A stretch of DNA of 63,034 nucleotides, filler included, from Octopus bimaculoides (GCF_001194135.2; 8 parts of 6 records of this genome joined end to end with filler, not necessarily neighbours in it); one strand, 5' to 3'; shown: positions 1 to 12,567, counted from the first letter of the whole stretch. Notes: a model not told the origin generated them from the letters alone. A program made the numbers and translations.

Positions 1-31
<31 letters not shown>

Positions 32-103
32 CTATCTGTCTGTCTCTATCTATATGTCTATCTAATCTTAAATAAAAAGACAACGGAAAATATGACATAC
101 CTG

Positions 104-160
<57 letters not shown>

Positions 161-239
161 ATGTGTGTGTGGTTATGAGTGTGTGTGTATGTGTATGTGT
201 GTGTGTGTATGTGTGTGTGTGTGTGTAATTAAAAGAAGA

Positions 240-757
240 CGTAGGGTGGCCCATAAGTCCCTATCCACCCATATATCTTATGTATCCACTATATCTGTGT
301 GCTGTCCCTCATTGTCGCTGCAGGATTTTATGCGAGTCCATGGTCTGTGAGACATTGCCCTCAATATAGCAAAGGTCATTGTTCCAAATCCCGCGGTAAC
401 AGCTGCTTCCAATTCGTCATTGGAATTAGAACGTTGTTTAGACACAATATCCTCAAAAGAGAGTTATCGGATGTTGTGAAGAACGAACTTATTGCGGCCA
501 TTTCACGGGCACCGGCGTCGTTACTGGACTACAACCTACCCATTTGTCTGGAAAATTGTCATTAAGATAATCTCGCTCAATGATGCCATAATGAGGTGGA
601 CTTTTATCATGTTGAAGCCACATCTCTCTGATTCAAAATTCATCGAGTTTCGTTATAAACCATTGTTGTAACATGTCTAGATATGAGGTATGGCTTACTG
701 TCCCGTCAAAAACGTATGGTCCAATAACATAACATATGGACGGGTAGGGACTTCAGG
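240..757 (-). mobile_element. Tc1/mariner-superfamily DNA transposon, internally deleted and decayed (C-terminal DDE remnant between TIR-like ends)
   Basis: The minus strand reads VIGPYVFDGTVSHTSYLDMLQQWFITKLDEF*IREMWLQHDKSPPHYGIIERDYLNDNFPDKWVG...KWPQ*, then a frameshifted LTTSDNSL-GY. This matches the QQDGAPPH / WIGR / WPPRSPDLTPxDFxLWG motifs. Left end ataagtccctatccacccata is mirrored by tatggacgggtagggactt at about 736-754. Confidence 0.8.
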
Positions 758-819
758 ATTTATTCATACACCTGTCTTCGTCTTTTGTTTGTCTGCAAAT
801 TTCTACTATTGCATATATC

Positions 820-870
<51 letters not shown>

Positions 871-889
871 ATTTGTATGTTTAGTCATG

Positions 890-995
890 AGCGTGGCTGT
901 GTAGTAAGACTTTGGTTTCTCAGTCACTCTGATTCCGGGTTCTATCCTATTGCGTGGCACCTGGCTAAGTGTCTTCTACTACAGCGCCAACATGA
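890..995 (+). mobile_element. tRNA-derived SINE head with CORE-like domain (decayed)
   Basis: gcgtggctgtgtagtaag...gggttctatcc...gcgtggcacctggctaagtgtcttctact matches the better-preserved copy at 33154-33316. Confidence 0.7.
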
Positions 996-1537
996 CTGAA
1001 AACAAGTTCAAGCCAAGAACATTCACATATACACATACATATCTACACAATGAAACGTAGTCCCTAACATGCATGACACAGCAAAAATGCAACGACTGTT
1101 ATATGCAAAATATCGACAGAGAAAATCACACGGAAATACTCTATGAAACAAATCTACATACATTTATTTGTGTGTGCGTGTGCGCGCACGTGCATGTGTG
1201 TGTGTGTGTGTGTAAATGAATCACTTTATTGATCAAGGAGCTTGATTATCAGCTGATCAATTAAATGAGTCTCTAAGTGGCAGAATATTCCTCACTCACG
1301 TGGTTATATAACCTAATGTCTAGTCAGAATTAAGCTTCAGTCAGTGTCCCAAAGTTGCTTTTTTTGAACAGTAGGTAAAAGTCACTGTTACTTACACTCT
1401 TGGTTCAACCTGAGGCTTAGGGAAAAAATACTCCCCAAGGTATCACGTCGTGGAATTGAACCCTGCACCTCATGAGTATCAATCTCAGTCATGCAGAGGT
1501 GTATCGAATTTTTGTATCATTTTAATGGTTTCTAAGG

Positions 1538-2470
1538 AGGTGGACTGCCCGAATAGGACAATACAGTTGGGGGTATTTCTTTCGGTAGTTTACGTTCTGA
1601 GTTCAATCCTACCAAGGCCATCTTAACATTTCAACTTTTCGGATGGCGGGAAATTAAAATAAGGTACCAGTTGAGCACTGGGGTCGTTGCTGTCGACTAA
1701 CCTCTCCCCTAAAAAGCGCCGGCATTGTGCCAAATTTGAAACTATTAAAAGTTAAAATCTTGCCGTGGCCGACTTTGACTTTCGTCTTTTGAGATCGATA
1801 AAATAAGAAGTAGCTGAGCACTAAACCCTTTCCTTAAAATTGTTCACCAGCTGCTAACATTTGAAGGGATTATAATAATCCTTTCTACTATGGGCACGAG
1901 GCCTGAAATTTGGGAGAAGGGGACTAGTTGATTACATCGACCCCAGTGCTTCACAGGTGCTTAATTTATCGATTCGAAAGGATGAAACTCAAAGTCGGAA
2001 TTTGAACTCAGAACCTAGAGGCAGACAAAAGCATTATAATAATGTTAGCTTAGGCGGTGAGCTGATGGAATTGTTGGTAGCCGTCCTTATATTCAGAGTT
2101 CAAATTCCGCCCAGGATCGAATTTTGTTTTCATCCTTTCGGGGTCGAGAAAATAAGTAGCAGTTGAACACTGGATCGATGTAATCAACATATGAGCCGCC
2201 CCACAAAAAGATTTCAGGCTTTGTGCCTATAATAGATATAATTATATTAATGTTGTGTAATGTGACGAAGTATTACAGTCGTCAGCGCGTCGGACAAAAT
2301 GCTTAGCGGTATTTCTTCTGGTTCTTTGCGATCTGATTTCAAATTTCGCTTCGGTCATTTTTACCTGTCATTCTTCCTGGGTCGTTGAAATAAGCGCCAT
2401 TCAGGTATTGAGATACATGGTATCGTCTATCCACTTACCCAAAAATTGCTTGCCTTTTTCCAAAATTTGA
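1538..2470. mobile_element. Cluster of about 5 diverged tRNA-headed SINEs (family with ctttcatcctttcggggtcgataaaataagtaccag domain; Meta/MESC-like by recollection), both orientations
   Basis: Repeated B-box gagttcaaattcc, the central domain, and the tail ctggccttgtgccaaaatttgaaac are shared among copies. Confidence 0.8.
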
Positions 2471-2479
2471 AACAATTAC

Positions 2480-3130
2480 AGTAATCGTTCGTAATATTGA
2501 AGAAGGAAGAAAGCATTGGAGAGTAATGTAAGAACGAGAAAAACGGTGAGAATAATAATGATGAATAGAGAAGAGATATGGGAAAATATTAAAGAGGAAA
2601 TATGGAGGAGAAATAAATGAAAGAAGAAAGAAAAATGATTTCTTATAGGAATGTAGAAGAAAGACAGAAAAGAAAAGAAGTGGGAAAGGGAAGTTATTCC
2701 AGATGAGAGAAAGAGGAGATTGAAAGAAAGTGATTGCTATAGGAGTGAGGGGAAGAAAGGGAAAAAGGGAGGAAGGAAGGAAGGAAGGAAGGAAAACGAG
2801 AAAAAAGAGAGTTACGGAGTTATAGAAAGGAAAGTTGAAGGACGAAAGGAAATAAAAGCTTGATCGAAGAAAAGAAAGACAGACGAGGAAAGATGGCGAT
2901 TTACAGTAAGAAGGGGGAGAGGGAAACAGAATGGAAAATAAGGAGTTGCTATGGAAGGAAATGGGGAAAGGAGGAAAAAAGAAAGAATAAATAAAAAAAA
3001 AAATGAAGAAAGGAATGATCGACAGAGTTATTATTGGATGAATGAAATACAGAAATAGCGATGAAGAAAGGTAGGAAGGAAGGAAACTGAGACAAAAATG
3101 AAATTTAAAAGGAAGCAGAGATGATTGCCG
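2480..3130 (+). repeat. Degenerate GA-rich low-complexity tract
   Basis: Near-pure A/G composition with (GGAA)n islands. It explains the spurious 234-aa F/S/L-rich ORF on the minus strand. Confidence 0.85.
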
Positions 3131-3289
3131 GATGAGCATTCAAATGCAATGTTCTAGTGAGTGTGTGTGTGAGTGTCTGTGTGTGTGTGTCTGTTTCTGT
3201 ATGTCTGTGTGTGTGTGTTTGTATCTGTGCCTGTGTGCACGCGCGCGTGTTTAGGTAGCTGGACATTAATATTATAGTTATATAAGAGG

Positions 3290-3678
3290 GCAATGGATTG
3301 GCAGAATCGTTAGAGCATCGGGAAGATCTACTGCGGCATTTATCTCTGCTCCCCTGCGGTCGACGCTGCCTTTCATTTTTCCGTATCGATAAATTAATGT
3401 ACTGGTGTCGCTGTTAACGAATACGCGTTTCTTCTCCAAATTGTTGCTGACTTTAGAACATATCACTATTCAGACGGTGAGCTGGTAGAATCGTTACTGC
3501 GCCGGAGAAAATACTTAACGTCATTTCGCACGTCTTTACTCTGTGAGCTCAAATCCCGCTGAGGTCGACTTTGCATTTCATCTTTTCGAAGTCAATGAAA
3601 TATGTACCAACGAGTCGATCACTGGGATCGATGTAATCGACTGGCGCTCTCTCCCTAAATTTTAAGCCTTTAGAAAGA
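3290..3678 (+). mobile_element. Meta/MESC-like SINE copies
   Basis: gagctggtagaatcgtta A-box, gagctcaaatccc B-box, gtcgactttgcatttcatcttttcg domain. Confidence 0.75.
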
Positions 3679-3708
3679 ATTATTATTATTATTATTATTA
3701 TTATTATT

Positions 3709-3891
3709 GAGTGAGAGAGCAGTGCATTCCATCAAAATGACGCTGGGGTACAAATATACTAAGCCCAATATGTCCATCATGACTATCCGTCTGATAAGGG
3801 TACACCAGGCACATACATCCCAACCATATGTGCGTGACATGGTGATCTAATATCAAGATAAACAGCGCATGGCCATGTAGGAGGGGACCGA

Positions 3892-3893
<2 letters not shown>
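3709..3893 (-). mobile_element. Putative 3' end of a 5'-truncated non-LTR element embedded in a (TAA)n microsatellite
   Basis: A 185-bp unique segment is flanked on both sides by (ATT)n (3679-3708 and 3894-3945). The minus strand ends ...gcactgctctctcactc(aat)n. Confidence 0.55.
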
Positions 3894-3940
<47 letters not shown>

Positions 3941-3949
3941 CATTATCAG

Positions 3950-4145
3950 TAAATGGCAGAATAGTTAAAACACGCCGGGCGAAATGCTTAGCGGTATTTC
4001 GTCTGCTGCTATGTTCTCTGTTCAAATTCCATCGAGATCGACTTTGCCTTTCATCCTTTCATGGTCATAAAATAAGTGCCAGTTATGCACTGTGGTCGAT
4101 GTAGTCGACTTAATCCCTATCCCCAAATTTGAGGCCTTGTGTATC
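3950..4145 (+). mobile_element. Meta/MESC-like SINE
   Basis: atggcagaatagttaaaacacgccgggcgaaatgcttagcggtatttcg...gttcaaattcc...ctttcatcctttc...aataagtgccag. Confidence 0.8.
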
Positions 4146-4316
4146 ATTTTAAAACAGAGGGAAACCTAAGCCCTAACAGCATGTAAGCTACCTGTTCATA
4201 AACATGACTTTGCAGAGAAATTTGTATCATACTAGTAGTTAAGTCTTACATTGGTACATATCGCACAAGCTCGAGATTACTAATATTAATCGTAAAAATT
4301 GTTCTTTCTCGGCCAG

Positions 4317-4417
4317 CAACAAATTCCACCGGACCTAGAAGGCTATCCCTTTGTTGTCGAGGAACGAGGGGAAAAACTATTAAATACCTAAAAGACTACC
4401 ATGTTATGATCGAAAAT
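4317..4417 (+). CDS. Candidate orphan exon (TNSTGPRRLSLCCRGTRGKTIKYLKDYHVMIEN), product unknown
   Basis: Acceptor ttgttctttctcggccag and donor AAT|gtcagt. It is open in a frame ending in phase 0, compatible with the 4529 exon. No homology recognised. Confidence 0.25.
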
Positions 4418-4528
4418 GTCAGTTTTGTCGATCATTAGGATTTTTATTAACTTCTTTCTAAGCAGTAACTCATCTGAAGTTTATTTAATTTTAATATTTA
4501 TTCAATTATTGCTTGCTTTCTCAGTCAG

Positions 4529-4655
4529 GAGGGAATAAGAGTGACTATAAGACTCCCAGATTCTGCGAGACTATCAGCAAAGGAAGGAGTGAGGAAAGTA
4601 ATCTCAGACGAGAGACCTGGTTCGAATGTTTGTAACAGAACGGACTTCGCTAAAG
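4529..4655 (+). CDS. Candidate orphan exon (EGIRVTIRLPDSARLSAKEGVRKVISDERPGSNVCNRTDFAK), product unknown
   Basis: Long AT-rich/pyrimidine tract ending ttgctttctcagtcag, donor AAG|gtacgt, and only one open frame. No homology recognised. Confidence 0.35.
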
Positions 4656-5124
4656 GTACGTTTTTTGCTAATGTTAAAGTGGACGACGAATGAAATCTAC
4701 CGAACAAAACTGTATTCCCAGCGGAATAACTGGTATGCCTAATTCCTTATTTGCTTCTAACTAATTTTGTGTTAAATATGTATAACAAAAGATTTGAATG
4801 TTAAAGAGAATGTGTGTTGATAAAGAGGGAATATATTTCAATTGGAAATATTCGCAGGATACCATCTTCCCATAAGATGTGATACTTTCACTAAAGCCTT
4901 CTATAAAGGTATACACAGGAAGGATTGTCCTGACAACAATAACTAGAACAAGAAATTGTATACACCTTTAAAAATAAATAATATTGGTAGATCATTCCCT
5001 TAAAAACAGTAACACGGTGTAATAATAGGCTGGAGTGTGTTTTATATGAAAAGAAGTGACAGTCGTACACTTTTGAAGAGCTCATATGCCCTGCTGATGT
5101 GAATGTCCTGTCAAATGTTGATTT

Positions 5125-5335
5125 AAAATGTTGGCACAAGGCCAGCGGTTTTAGGAGAAGGAGGAAATCAATTATATCGACCCCAGTGTTCAGCTGGTAC
5201 TTATTTTATCGACCCCGAAAGAAAAAAGGGCAAAGTCGACACCTCCGGCATTCGCACTCAGAACGTAAAGACGGACGAAATGCTGGCAAGCACTACACCC
5301 GGTGTACTAACGATTCTGCCATCTTGCCACCTTCA
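5125..5335 (-). mobile_element. Meta/MESC-like SINE, CpG-retaining copy
   Basis: ttggcacaaggccagc...atcgaccccagtg...tggtacttattttatcgaccccg...aaagtcgac...agaacgtaaagacggacgaaatg. Confidence 0.85.
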
Positions 5336-5960
5336 TATCCCGTTAAATATCAAGAAAAGGAGAAACCTGTAGCTCTTATATCCGTGCCAGAGGTTTTCAT
5401 TTGTATTAAATACCATGGATGCACAAAGCACTTAATTTGTATCGGAAAATTTAAACGCTAGGGTTCTCGAAAGAACACCAAAAGGACTTCTATTCTTCAA
5501 ATAAACTCGATTTTAGGTACTGTAAAAATTTGTAAAGCTTTCGAGGGATTATCCAATTGATATATCTGGATAAACGCAAGTACACGGTCATATACACATA
5601 ATCAACACACACACACACACACATAATAGTTAATCATGCACGCACGCACATACTTATGTAGTAAAGTCACAAGTCACTTACTATGCGCGTGCAAGTTTAT
5701 CCACACGCACGCACAAATACACATACAAATATACACGCACCAATCAATTCAAAAGACCATAAAACCCCCGGAGCTAGTTTAACTTAAACTCAAGAGCCGT
5801 GCTTTAATAGTGAACTGTGCAAAGCAAACATCTTAATTCCCAAAGAAAGAAACATACATACATACATGTACGAATGAGAGCATGCGCACATACATACATA
5901 CATACATACATACATACATACGCCTCCCGAGTCAGGGCGACGCTACAATCCCATTGACGA

Positions 5961-6592
5961 TCATTAGGATTTTTATTAACTTCTTTCTAAGCAGTAACTC
6001 ATCTGAAGTTTATTTAATTTTAATATTTATTCAATTATTGCTTGCTTTCTCAGTCAGGCGGGAATAAGAGTGACTATAAGACTCCCAGNNNNNNNNNNNN
6101 NNNNNNNNNNNNNNNNNNNNNNNNNNNNNNNNNNNNNNNNNNNNNNNNNNNNNNNNNNNNNNNNNNNNNNNNNNNNNNNNNNNNNNNNNNNNNNNNNNNN
6201 NNNNNNNNNNNNNNNNNNNNNNNNNNNNNNNNNNNNNNNNNNNNNNNNNNNNNNNNNNNNNNNNNNNNNNNNNNNNNNNNNNNNNNNNNNNNNNNNNNNN
6301 NNNNNNNNNNNNNNNNNNNNNNNNNNNNNNNNNNNNNNNNNNNNNNNNNNNNNNNNNNNNNNNNNNNNNNNNNNNNNNNNNNNNNNNNNNNNNNNNNNNN
6401 NNNNNNNNNNNNNNNNNNNNNNNNNNNNNNNNNNNNNNNNNNNNNNNNNNNNNNNNNNNNNNNNNNNNNNNNNNNNNNNNNNNNNNNNNNNNNNNNNNNN
6501 NNNNNNNNNNNNNNNNNNNNNNNNNNNNNNNNNNNNNNNNNNNNNNNNNNNNNNNNNGTTGATAAAGAGGGAATATATTTCAATTGGAAAAC
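5961..6592 (+). repeat. Local duplicate of about 4430-4850 (middle lost in N gap)
   Basis: 5961-6088 is identical to 4430-4557 except for one A>C. 6558-6591 matches about 4816-4848 with a 1-nt indel. Confidence 0.85.
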
Positions 6593-6613
6593 ATTTAAAT
6601 ACTTTGCAATTAG

Positions 6614-6649
<36 letters not shown>

Positions 6650-7039
6650 GCTCGCACTTGTTCCGGGTTCAGTTCCACTGCGTGAGACATTGTATAAGTG
6701 TCTCCTATTCTATTGTTCCTCACTCCACAAGCCGAACAATGCCATGTGAGTAAAACATGTAGAGGGAAACTAAGTGAAAACAGACACACACACGTACACA
6801 CGCGTGCACACAAACATATACTCACACCACTTGACAACCGGTTTTGGTTTCTTTGTGTCCCCGTTACTTAATGTTTCGTTAGAAGGAACTGCAAGAATAA
6901 ATGCCAGACTTTAAAAAGAAGTACGGGGGTCGATTTGTTCGACTAAACATTTCAAGACGGTGTTCCTGCATGATTGCAGTCCAATGACTAAAACAAGTAA
7001 AAGACACACACACTCACACTCACAAATAAATTTTAGACG

Positions 7040-7490
7040 TTAAGAAGCATGTAAATAATGGTTTCAACATCTGGCACAAGGCAAGCAATTCTGGGGAAGG
7101 GGACGAGTCGATTACCTCGTCTCCATCCTCAACTGGTACTTATTTCATCGTATTCCGAAAGGATGAAACGCAAAGTTGACATCGGCGGAATTTGAACTCA
7201 GAAAGTAAACAGTCGAAATGACGCTAAGCATTTTACCCGGTGTGCTAACGGTTCTGCCGGCTCGGCACCTTAAGAAGCACGTTAATAACGGTTTCAAATT
7301 TTGAAATGCTGAAATAATGGTTTCAAAATCTGGCACAAGGCCAGCAATTTTGTGCGAGGGGTAAGTTAATTACAATGACGTCAATCATCTATTGGTACAT
7401 ATTTTATCGTATCCCGAAAGGATGAAAGGCAAAGTCGACCTCGGCCGAATTCGAACTCAGAACCGCTGCCTTAAGAAGCACGTAATTAAT
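7040..7490 (-). mobile_element. Two head-to-tail Meta/MESC-like SINEs separated and flanked by a thrice-repeated motif of about 20 bp
   Basis: ttaagaagca(c/t)gt...aat occurs at 7040, 7270 and 7471. Confidence 0.75.
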
Positions 7491-8092
7491 AATATGATTA
7501 ACTTAATTGCATTCAAAAGTCTGTTTAGTTGCATGCCTGTTTCGATCCCTTATATCTTACCACTGCAACCGATAATTGTCCTCTTGCATTGATTGTTATT
7601 TTAATACATTTGTATCAGTTTACTTCAAAATAACGCTCCTGTTTGTAGTTGAGAGTAGTTATAAAATATCAGACAGTTTGGTGATGGAAATAACCAGAGA
7701 AAAACAAATGTTATTAACGTAGAACTTTATGGAGCTTTTATTTCATTTTTGTTCAAAATAGTCCCATTCATAGTTGTTAAATGAGATTAGTTTGGTTTGG
7801 AAGTTAATAGAATTGTGAGCTAGGTATATTATTTTTGTCCAGAAATGAAGTAAACGGTGTTTCTTAGGACGTTAGACGTCTATTTACAGAAACGTATTAT
7901 TCTTGTTGCTCTTTTGTAGTCTTCAGCTCCGCTGATAAAATGGTTTCTGCCATTTTCATAGCTTGGTTGGCTTGTATGCTATGTTGGTTTAATTTTTCGA
8001 ATTTTTCAACAAAGGACAAGTCACCGGTTTCTTGTCTAGAAACATGGCACTTCATTATAATTTAGACAACAGCAAACAGGACAGTCTTCTAT

Positions 8093-8172
<80 letters not shown>

Positions 8173-8399
8173 TCATGTGCATAGATGGCAGTGCAGATAT
8201 GGATCTAATTACATACAGAACTTCGTGAATATTTTTACATATTTTCATAGTACCTTTGATTGCTTGTGATTATAATCTTTTTATTGGGCATATTATTTTA
8301 TCTTGTCTACTTTTGAGAAACAGTGATTCTTAAGATTAGTACAGACGCAGTTAGTTACGTGTCAGGCGTTCTAATAATATTGGATAGAAATCTTGAATT

Positions 8400-8700
8400 A
8401 TATAGCCAGGATGGATTTCTCATCGTTTCGGCATAAAAATGAGATCAACGAGGCAACATGTGTCAGTTACTGTGCATAGTCGTTCTCTCTCCCAGATCAC
8501 AATACCTTGTTGTTCTGTTTCCAAGCACAGTCTGAAACAATACTCTCTATGCCCTCCACATCACCGTAGCTACTTGCATTTCCCTCTTCAATTTTATCTT
8601 TTGGATGGATTTCATTATATAATTCTCAAGCTACGATATCATATCTCTTAGTTAATGCCGTGAAATATTCAGTACGTTAAATCCAGTGAATCTGCATCGG
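8400..8700 (-). pseudogene. Decayed C-terminal (RLE endonuclease region) remnant of an R4/R2-like non-LTR retrotransposon
   Basis: Minus-strand fragments YDIVA*ELYNEIHPKDKIEE and GIVIWERERLCTVTDTCCLVDL resemble RHDxVA...PDIxIWD...CTVVEISCP. Stops and frameshifts are present. Confidence 0.5.
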
Positions 8701-10195
8701 CGTTTTAGCTGCATCCCTTTCCATTCTGTGCTTCATATATTCTACGGTTATTTCCTATTGCTGTATAAATGTACTCACGCAGACACACACAATTTTCAGT
8801 TGTATATTTACTTCATTGCCTCAAGGGTTGATCGATAATTTTGTAAATTGCACTTACCAAATTATTTCTTTCTTTTCCACTACACCTATGTGAGCGCGCA
8901 CGTGTCTTAGTAAGTCTTTTGTGGATTGTATATCTTGAATATCAGTCAAGCTATAATCAGTATCTCATAATACAGAGGAACAAAAACTTCTTAGACAGAA
9001 AGCTACCTGGGGAATCGAACAATACATCTAATGTAACCGTAACGCTCATGATACCGTTACTCTGGTGTGCGTGATTCGAGTTCGCAGAGGTTTTCCTCCT
9101 GTTTTGCGTCCAAGGAATTCTTTACTCCGTGTATTTTGAGCTATTATTTACAGCTGAATTGCAGTATATTGCAGTCACTGAGATGCAGTTTATAGAAGAC
9201 TTGTTTACATCTTTTACTATGCTTCTATATCACACACGCACACACAACCACATACATACATACATACATACAAGTAATTGAAACTGTTCCAGTGCCTTAC
9301 TCATCATCCATTTATACATTTTATATATATAAAAGCAGAACAGAGTTTGTTGTGCAGCGCACTCGTGGAAGATACGCATTACCTTGTAAGTCTATGTAAC
9401 TGATAAGATATCTGTGCGGTATGAATTTTGAATAAACAAAATATATTCAATAAATTATATAGATTATTCAGCTTGAAATTTTTCTACATAAAATATGCCA
9501 TATTCATAGTTGAACTGAATATCGAGCTTTAGAGTGGCCTGTGGACTTTGTTTCTCTATTAAATTCGAATAATAGCCATATATGCCATCTTCCGCCTGGC
9601 ACTTTCATGGAATAAAACTTATATAGACTGTCGGCAAAATAGTGGTGTCGTGAAGGCGTTACATTCTTTTCTAGTAATAGGGTATTTACATACACAGACA
9701 TTCAGCAACACACATATTTTCTATTCCATTTTCTCAACACACTGCTCAACCTGTATGTATGTTAGTAGCTAATTGGCAAAGGTAAAATTACAGGCATCGA
9801 GGTAGCAAAAGAGTCGTCATAACTACATATACATATCTAATTCTGATTAGATATTTCTAAAGATTCTCATTCATACTGGGGAGAAAGCTGAAACCCCGGG
9901 TTATTCAAATGTGAGATAGATACATTCTTGTTCTCTATATGACGAGTGCATCCCAGTTAGCATATATATATATAGAGAGAGAGAGAGAGACATATACACA
10001 CCTTACCCAGGTAGTCAGGACTGCCGCGGATTTGAGGGGTTTCCACGAGCAGTCCTAGGTGGTCTCCCTCTTTCGGGGAATTTTGTCCTTATAATCGATT
10101 ATTTTTCATTATTTACATGACTTTCATCTAACCCCACATTCTATTTGATCTGTGCTGTTCATAAAGTTCTTCTTAATGTAAACACTTTGTGTAGT

Positions 10196-10580
10196 GGAGG
10201 CGCAATGGCCCGATGGTTAGGGCAGCGGACTCGCGGTAATAGGATCGCGATTTCGTTTCCTAGACCGGGAGTTGTGAGTGTTTATTGAGCGAAAACACCT
10301 AAAGCTCCACGAGGCTCCGGCAGGAGATGGTGGCAAACCCTGCTGTACTCTTCCACCACAACTTTCTCTCACTCTTACTTCCTGTTTCTGTTGTGCCTGT
10401 AATTCAAAGGGTCAGCCTTGTGTCACGCTGAATATCCCCGAGAAGTACGTTAAGGGTACACGTGTCTGTGGAGTGCTCAGCCATTTGCACGTTAATTTCA
10501 CGAGGAGGCTGTTCCGTCGATCGGATCAACAGGAACCCTCGATGTCGTAAGCGACGGAGTGCCAACAACAACAACAACAA
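10196..10580 (+). mobile_element. Long (about 380 bp) tRNA-derived SINE, full length, (CAA)n tail
   Basis: tRNA-like head ggaggcgcaatggcccgatggttagggcagcggactcgcgg. A near-identical inverted copy lies at 57211-57592. Confidence 0.85.
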
Positions 10581-10603
10581 ACACTTTGTGGTTAACAAAG
10601 GAC

Positions 10604-10648
<45 letters not shown>

Positions 10649-12029
10649 TTCAAGTTATTATAAAAACAATTTTACATTAAACTGAATGATTATTCAGTAC
10701 TTTTTATACAGTATTGTCTGTGATTTAGAAGTTACAGCCAGCTTAACTTTCATCTGGTTGCCTGATGAACGACAATTACAGTATAATAATTAAAGAATAA
10801 GACAGAGAAACAGACAGATACTAATGGTCTGTAATAAAATTTATCTCCAGAATTTTCTTTGTAGTTCACTATTGCTCTTCCATAGAGAACTGTTAATCCT
10901 ATTTGGATATCTTCCAGCCAAAACTATCTGGTCTTTTTTCTAGATAGTGTATCGAGGATTGCATTATGCGAAGATTGTAGTATATAAAAATGGCAGCAAA
11001 GTAATTTAACGTAGATTTCGTTGCTATTTCTATCAGGTCCAGACGCCATTCTTAGAAGTTCATTAGATTAAAAAAATAACTACTTTTAGGTATCTTTTAA
11101 TATTTGAGTGAGTGAGCACAGTTAAAGTAGATTTCGTTGCTCCAGTATATTATATTATACAGATACGCATACATGCAGCAATACGCAAGAAATTGCGCCC
11201 GCAAACGCGCGCGCAAACACGCACGCTCTCACAAACGCGTGCGCTCACAGACATAACTACAGACTATAAGACAGTCAGATCTTGGATAATTATATATTTC
11301 TCTGCGTTTGTACGTAGTATGGTGAGTGTGTCTGTGTGTGCAGGTTAGTAGATATCTGAACATGCATACACGCAAAGACATAGAGCACCAAATCAATACA
11401 TACACGCACAGGCACATATATATTTACACTAACATGACCGTTGACTGAACACTATTCAATTTTTTTTCTCCGTGTTTTTCTNNNNNNNNNNNNNNNNNNN
11501 NNNNNNNNNNNNNNNNNNNNNNNNNNNNNNNNNNNNNNNNNNNNNNNNNNNNNNNNNNNNNNNNNNNNNNNNNNNNNNNNNATGTGTGTGTGTGTATTCT
11601 GTATATCGGAAGAAAGAAGAACTGTATGTGTGAGAGAAAGATACATACATTCTTACATATCTTTCGGTTGTGGTGGTTGTATGTGTGTGTATGTGTGTTA
11701 TTTCTTTACTACCCACAAGGGGCTACATACAGAGGGGACAAACAAGTGTGTGTATGTGTGTGTGTGCAAAATGCATTCACTTCGCCGAAATTAAGTTTTA
11801 TTACTTTTCTATATAGAACGCAATTCAAAATACAAGTGTTTGAGATTTATAATGTTAATTTAAAAACTTGCATTGTGATCAGTTCGGTCCTTGGTCGGGT
11901 TCGGATACACCCCCAGAAAGTCCAGTGGTCGAAACCGTGGTTGGCAAACTTATATACAATGATGTAATGAGGGAGTGTTTAACTAAAGCGAGATATAACG
12001 AAGACTGTGTGAAGCTCGCGCACACACAG

Positions 12030-12500
12030 TGACTTAGGAGAGAGAGAAGTGTAGTGAGAGAAAGTGCGTTGGAAGGAGATGAGATAACAGAAAGGTAACA
12101 GAGTAAAGAATAATGTTATAGAAACCGAGAGGAAGACAGGGAGATAGTAAGAGTTAGATAATGGACTGAAGGATAGTTTGAAACGAGAGACTCTGAAAAT
12201 GAAAGAAGAGAGAAATTAAGCGAGATATGAAACGAGAGAGATATCGAAGATGTTGTGGAGGAATAAGAGAAAGAAAATGAGGGAGACAGGCCTTGAATGT
12301 TTGAGCGAAAGGTAGGAATTGAGTAGTGGTGAGAGGAAGATATTAATAAGAGAGAGGGAGAATGAGGAACGAGGATGCGGTGGGGGGAGAGAAAGAAGTT
12401 TATACTAAATGCGTGAGACAGAGAATAAGTGGCAGACAGTGGAGGAGAGAGAGACTGAGTGTGAGTGGTGGAGGCAGTCTGGGCGGAATTGAGTGAAGAT
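12030..12500 (+). repeat. Degenerate GA-rich tract
   Basis: A/G-dominated low complexity. Confidence 0.75.
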
Positions 12501-12567
12501 AATGTTAAGGCCGTTTTCACAGTATAAATCCCTTACCTCCCGCCGCTGCTAAGTAATACATAAAACC

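Noticed and set aside
7920-8093. Plus-strand acceptor and open frame with a hydrophobic stretch (FSSADKMVSAIFIAWLACMLCWF...), phase-compatible with the 4529 exon
   Set aside because: No credible donor, it runs into (CA)n, and no homology was recognised.
9866-9890. ILIHTGEK, resembling a C2H2 zinc-finger linker
   Set aside because: No CxxC or second finger nearby; probably chance.
10020-10059. GC-rich hairpin aggactgc...gcagtcct next to a strong minus-strand donor
   Set aside because: The stem is short, there is no acceptor and no recognisable RNA family.
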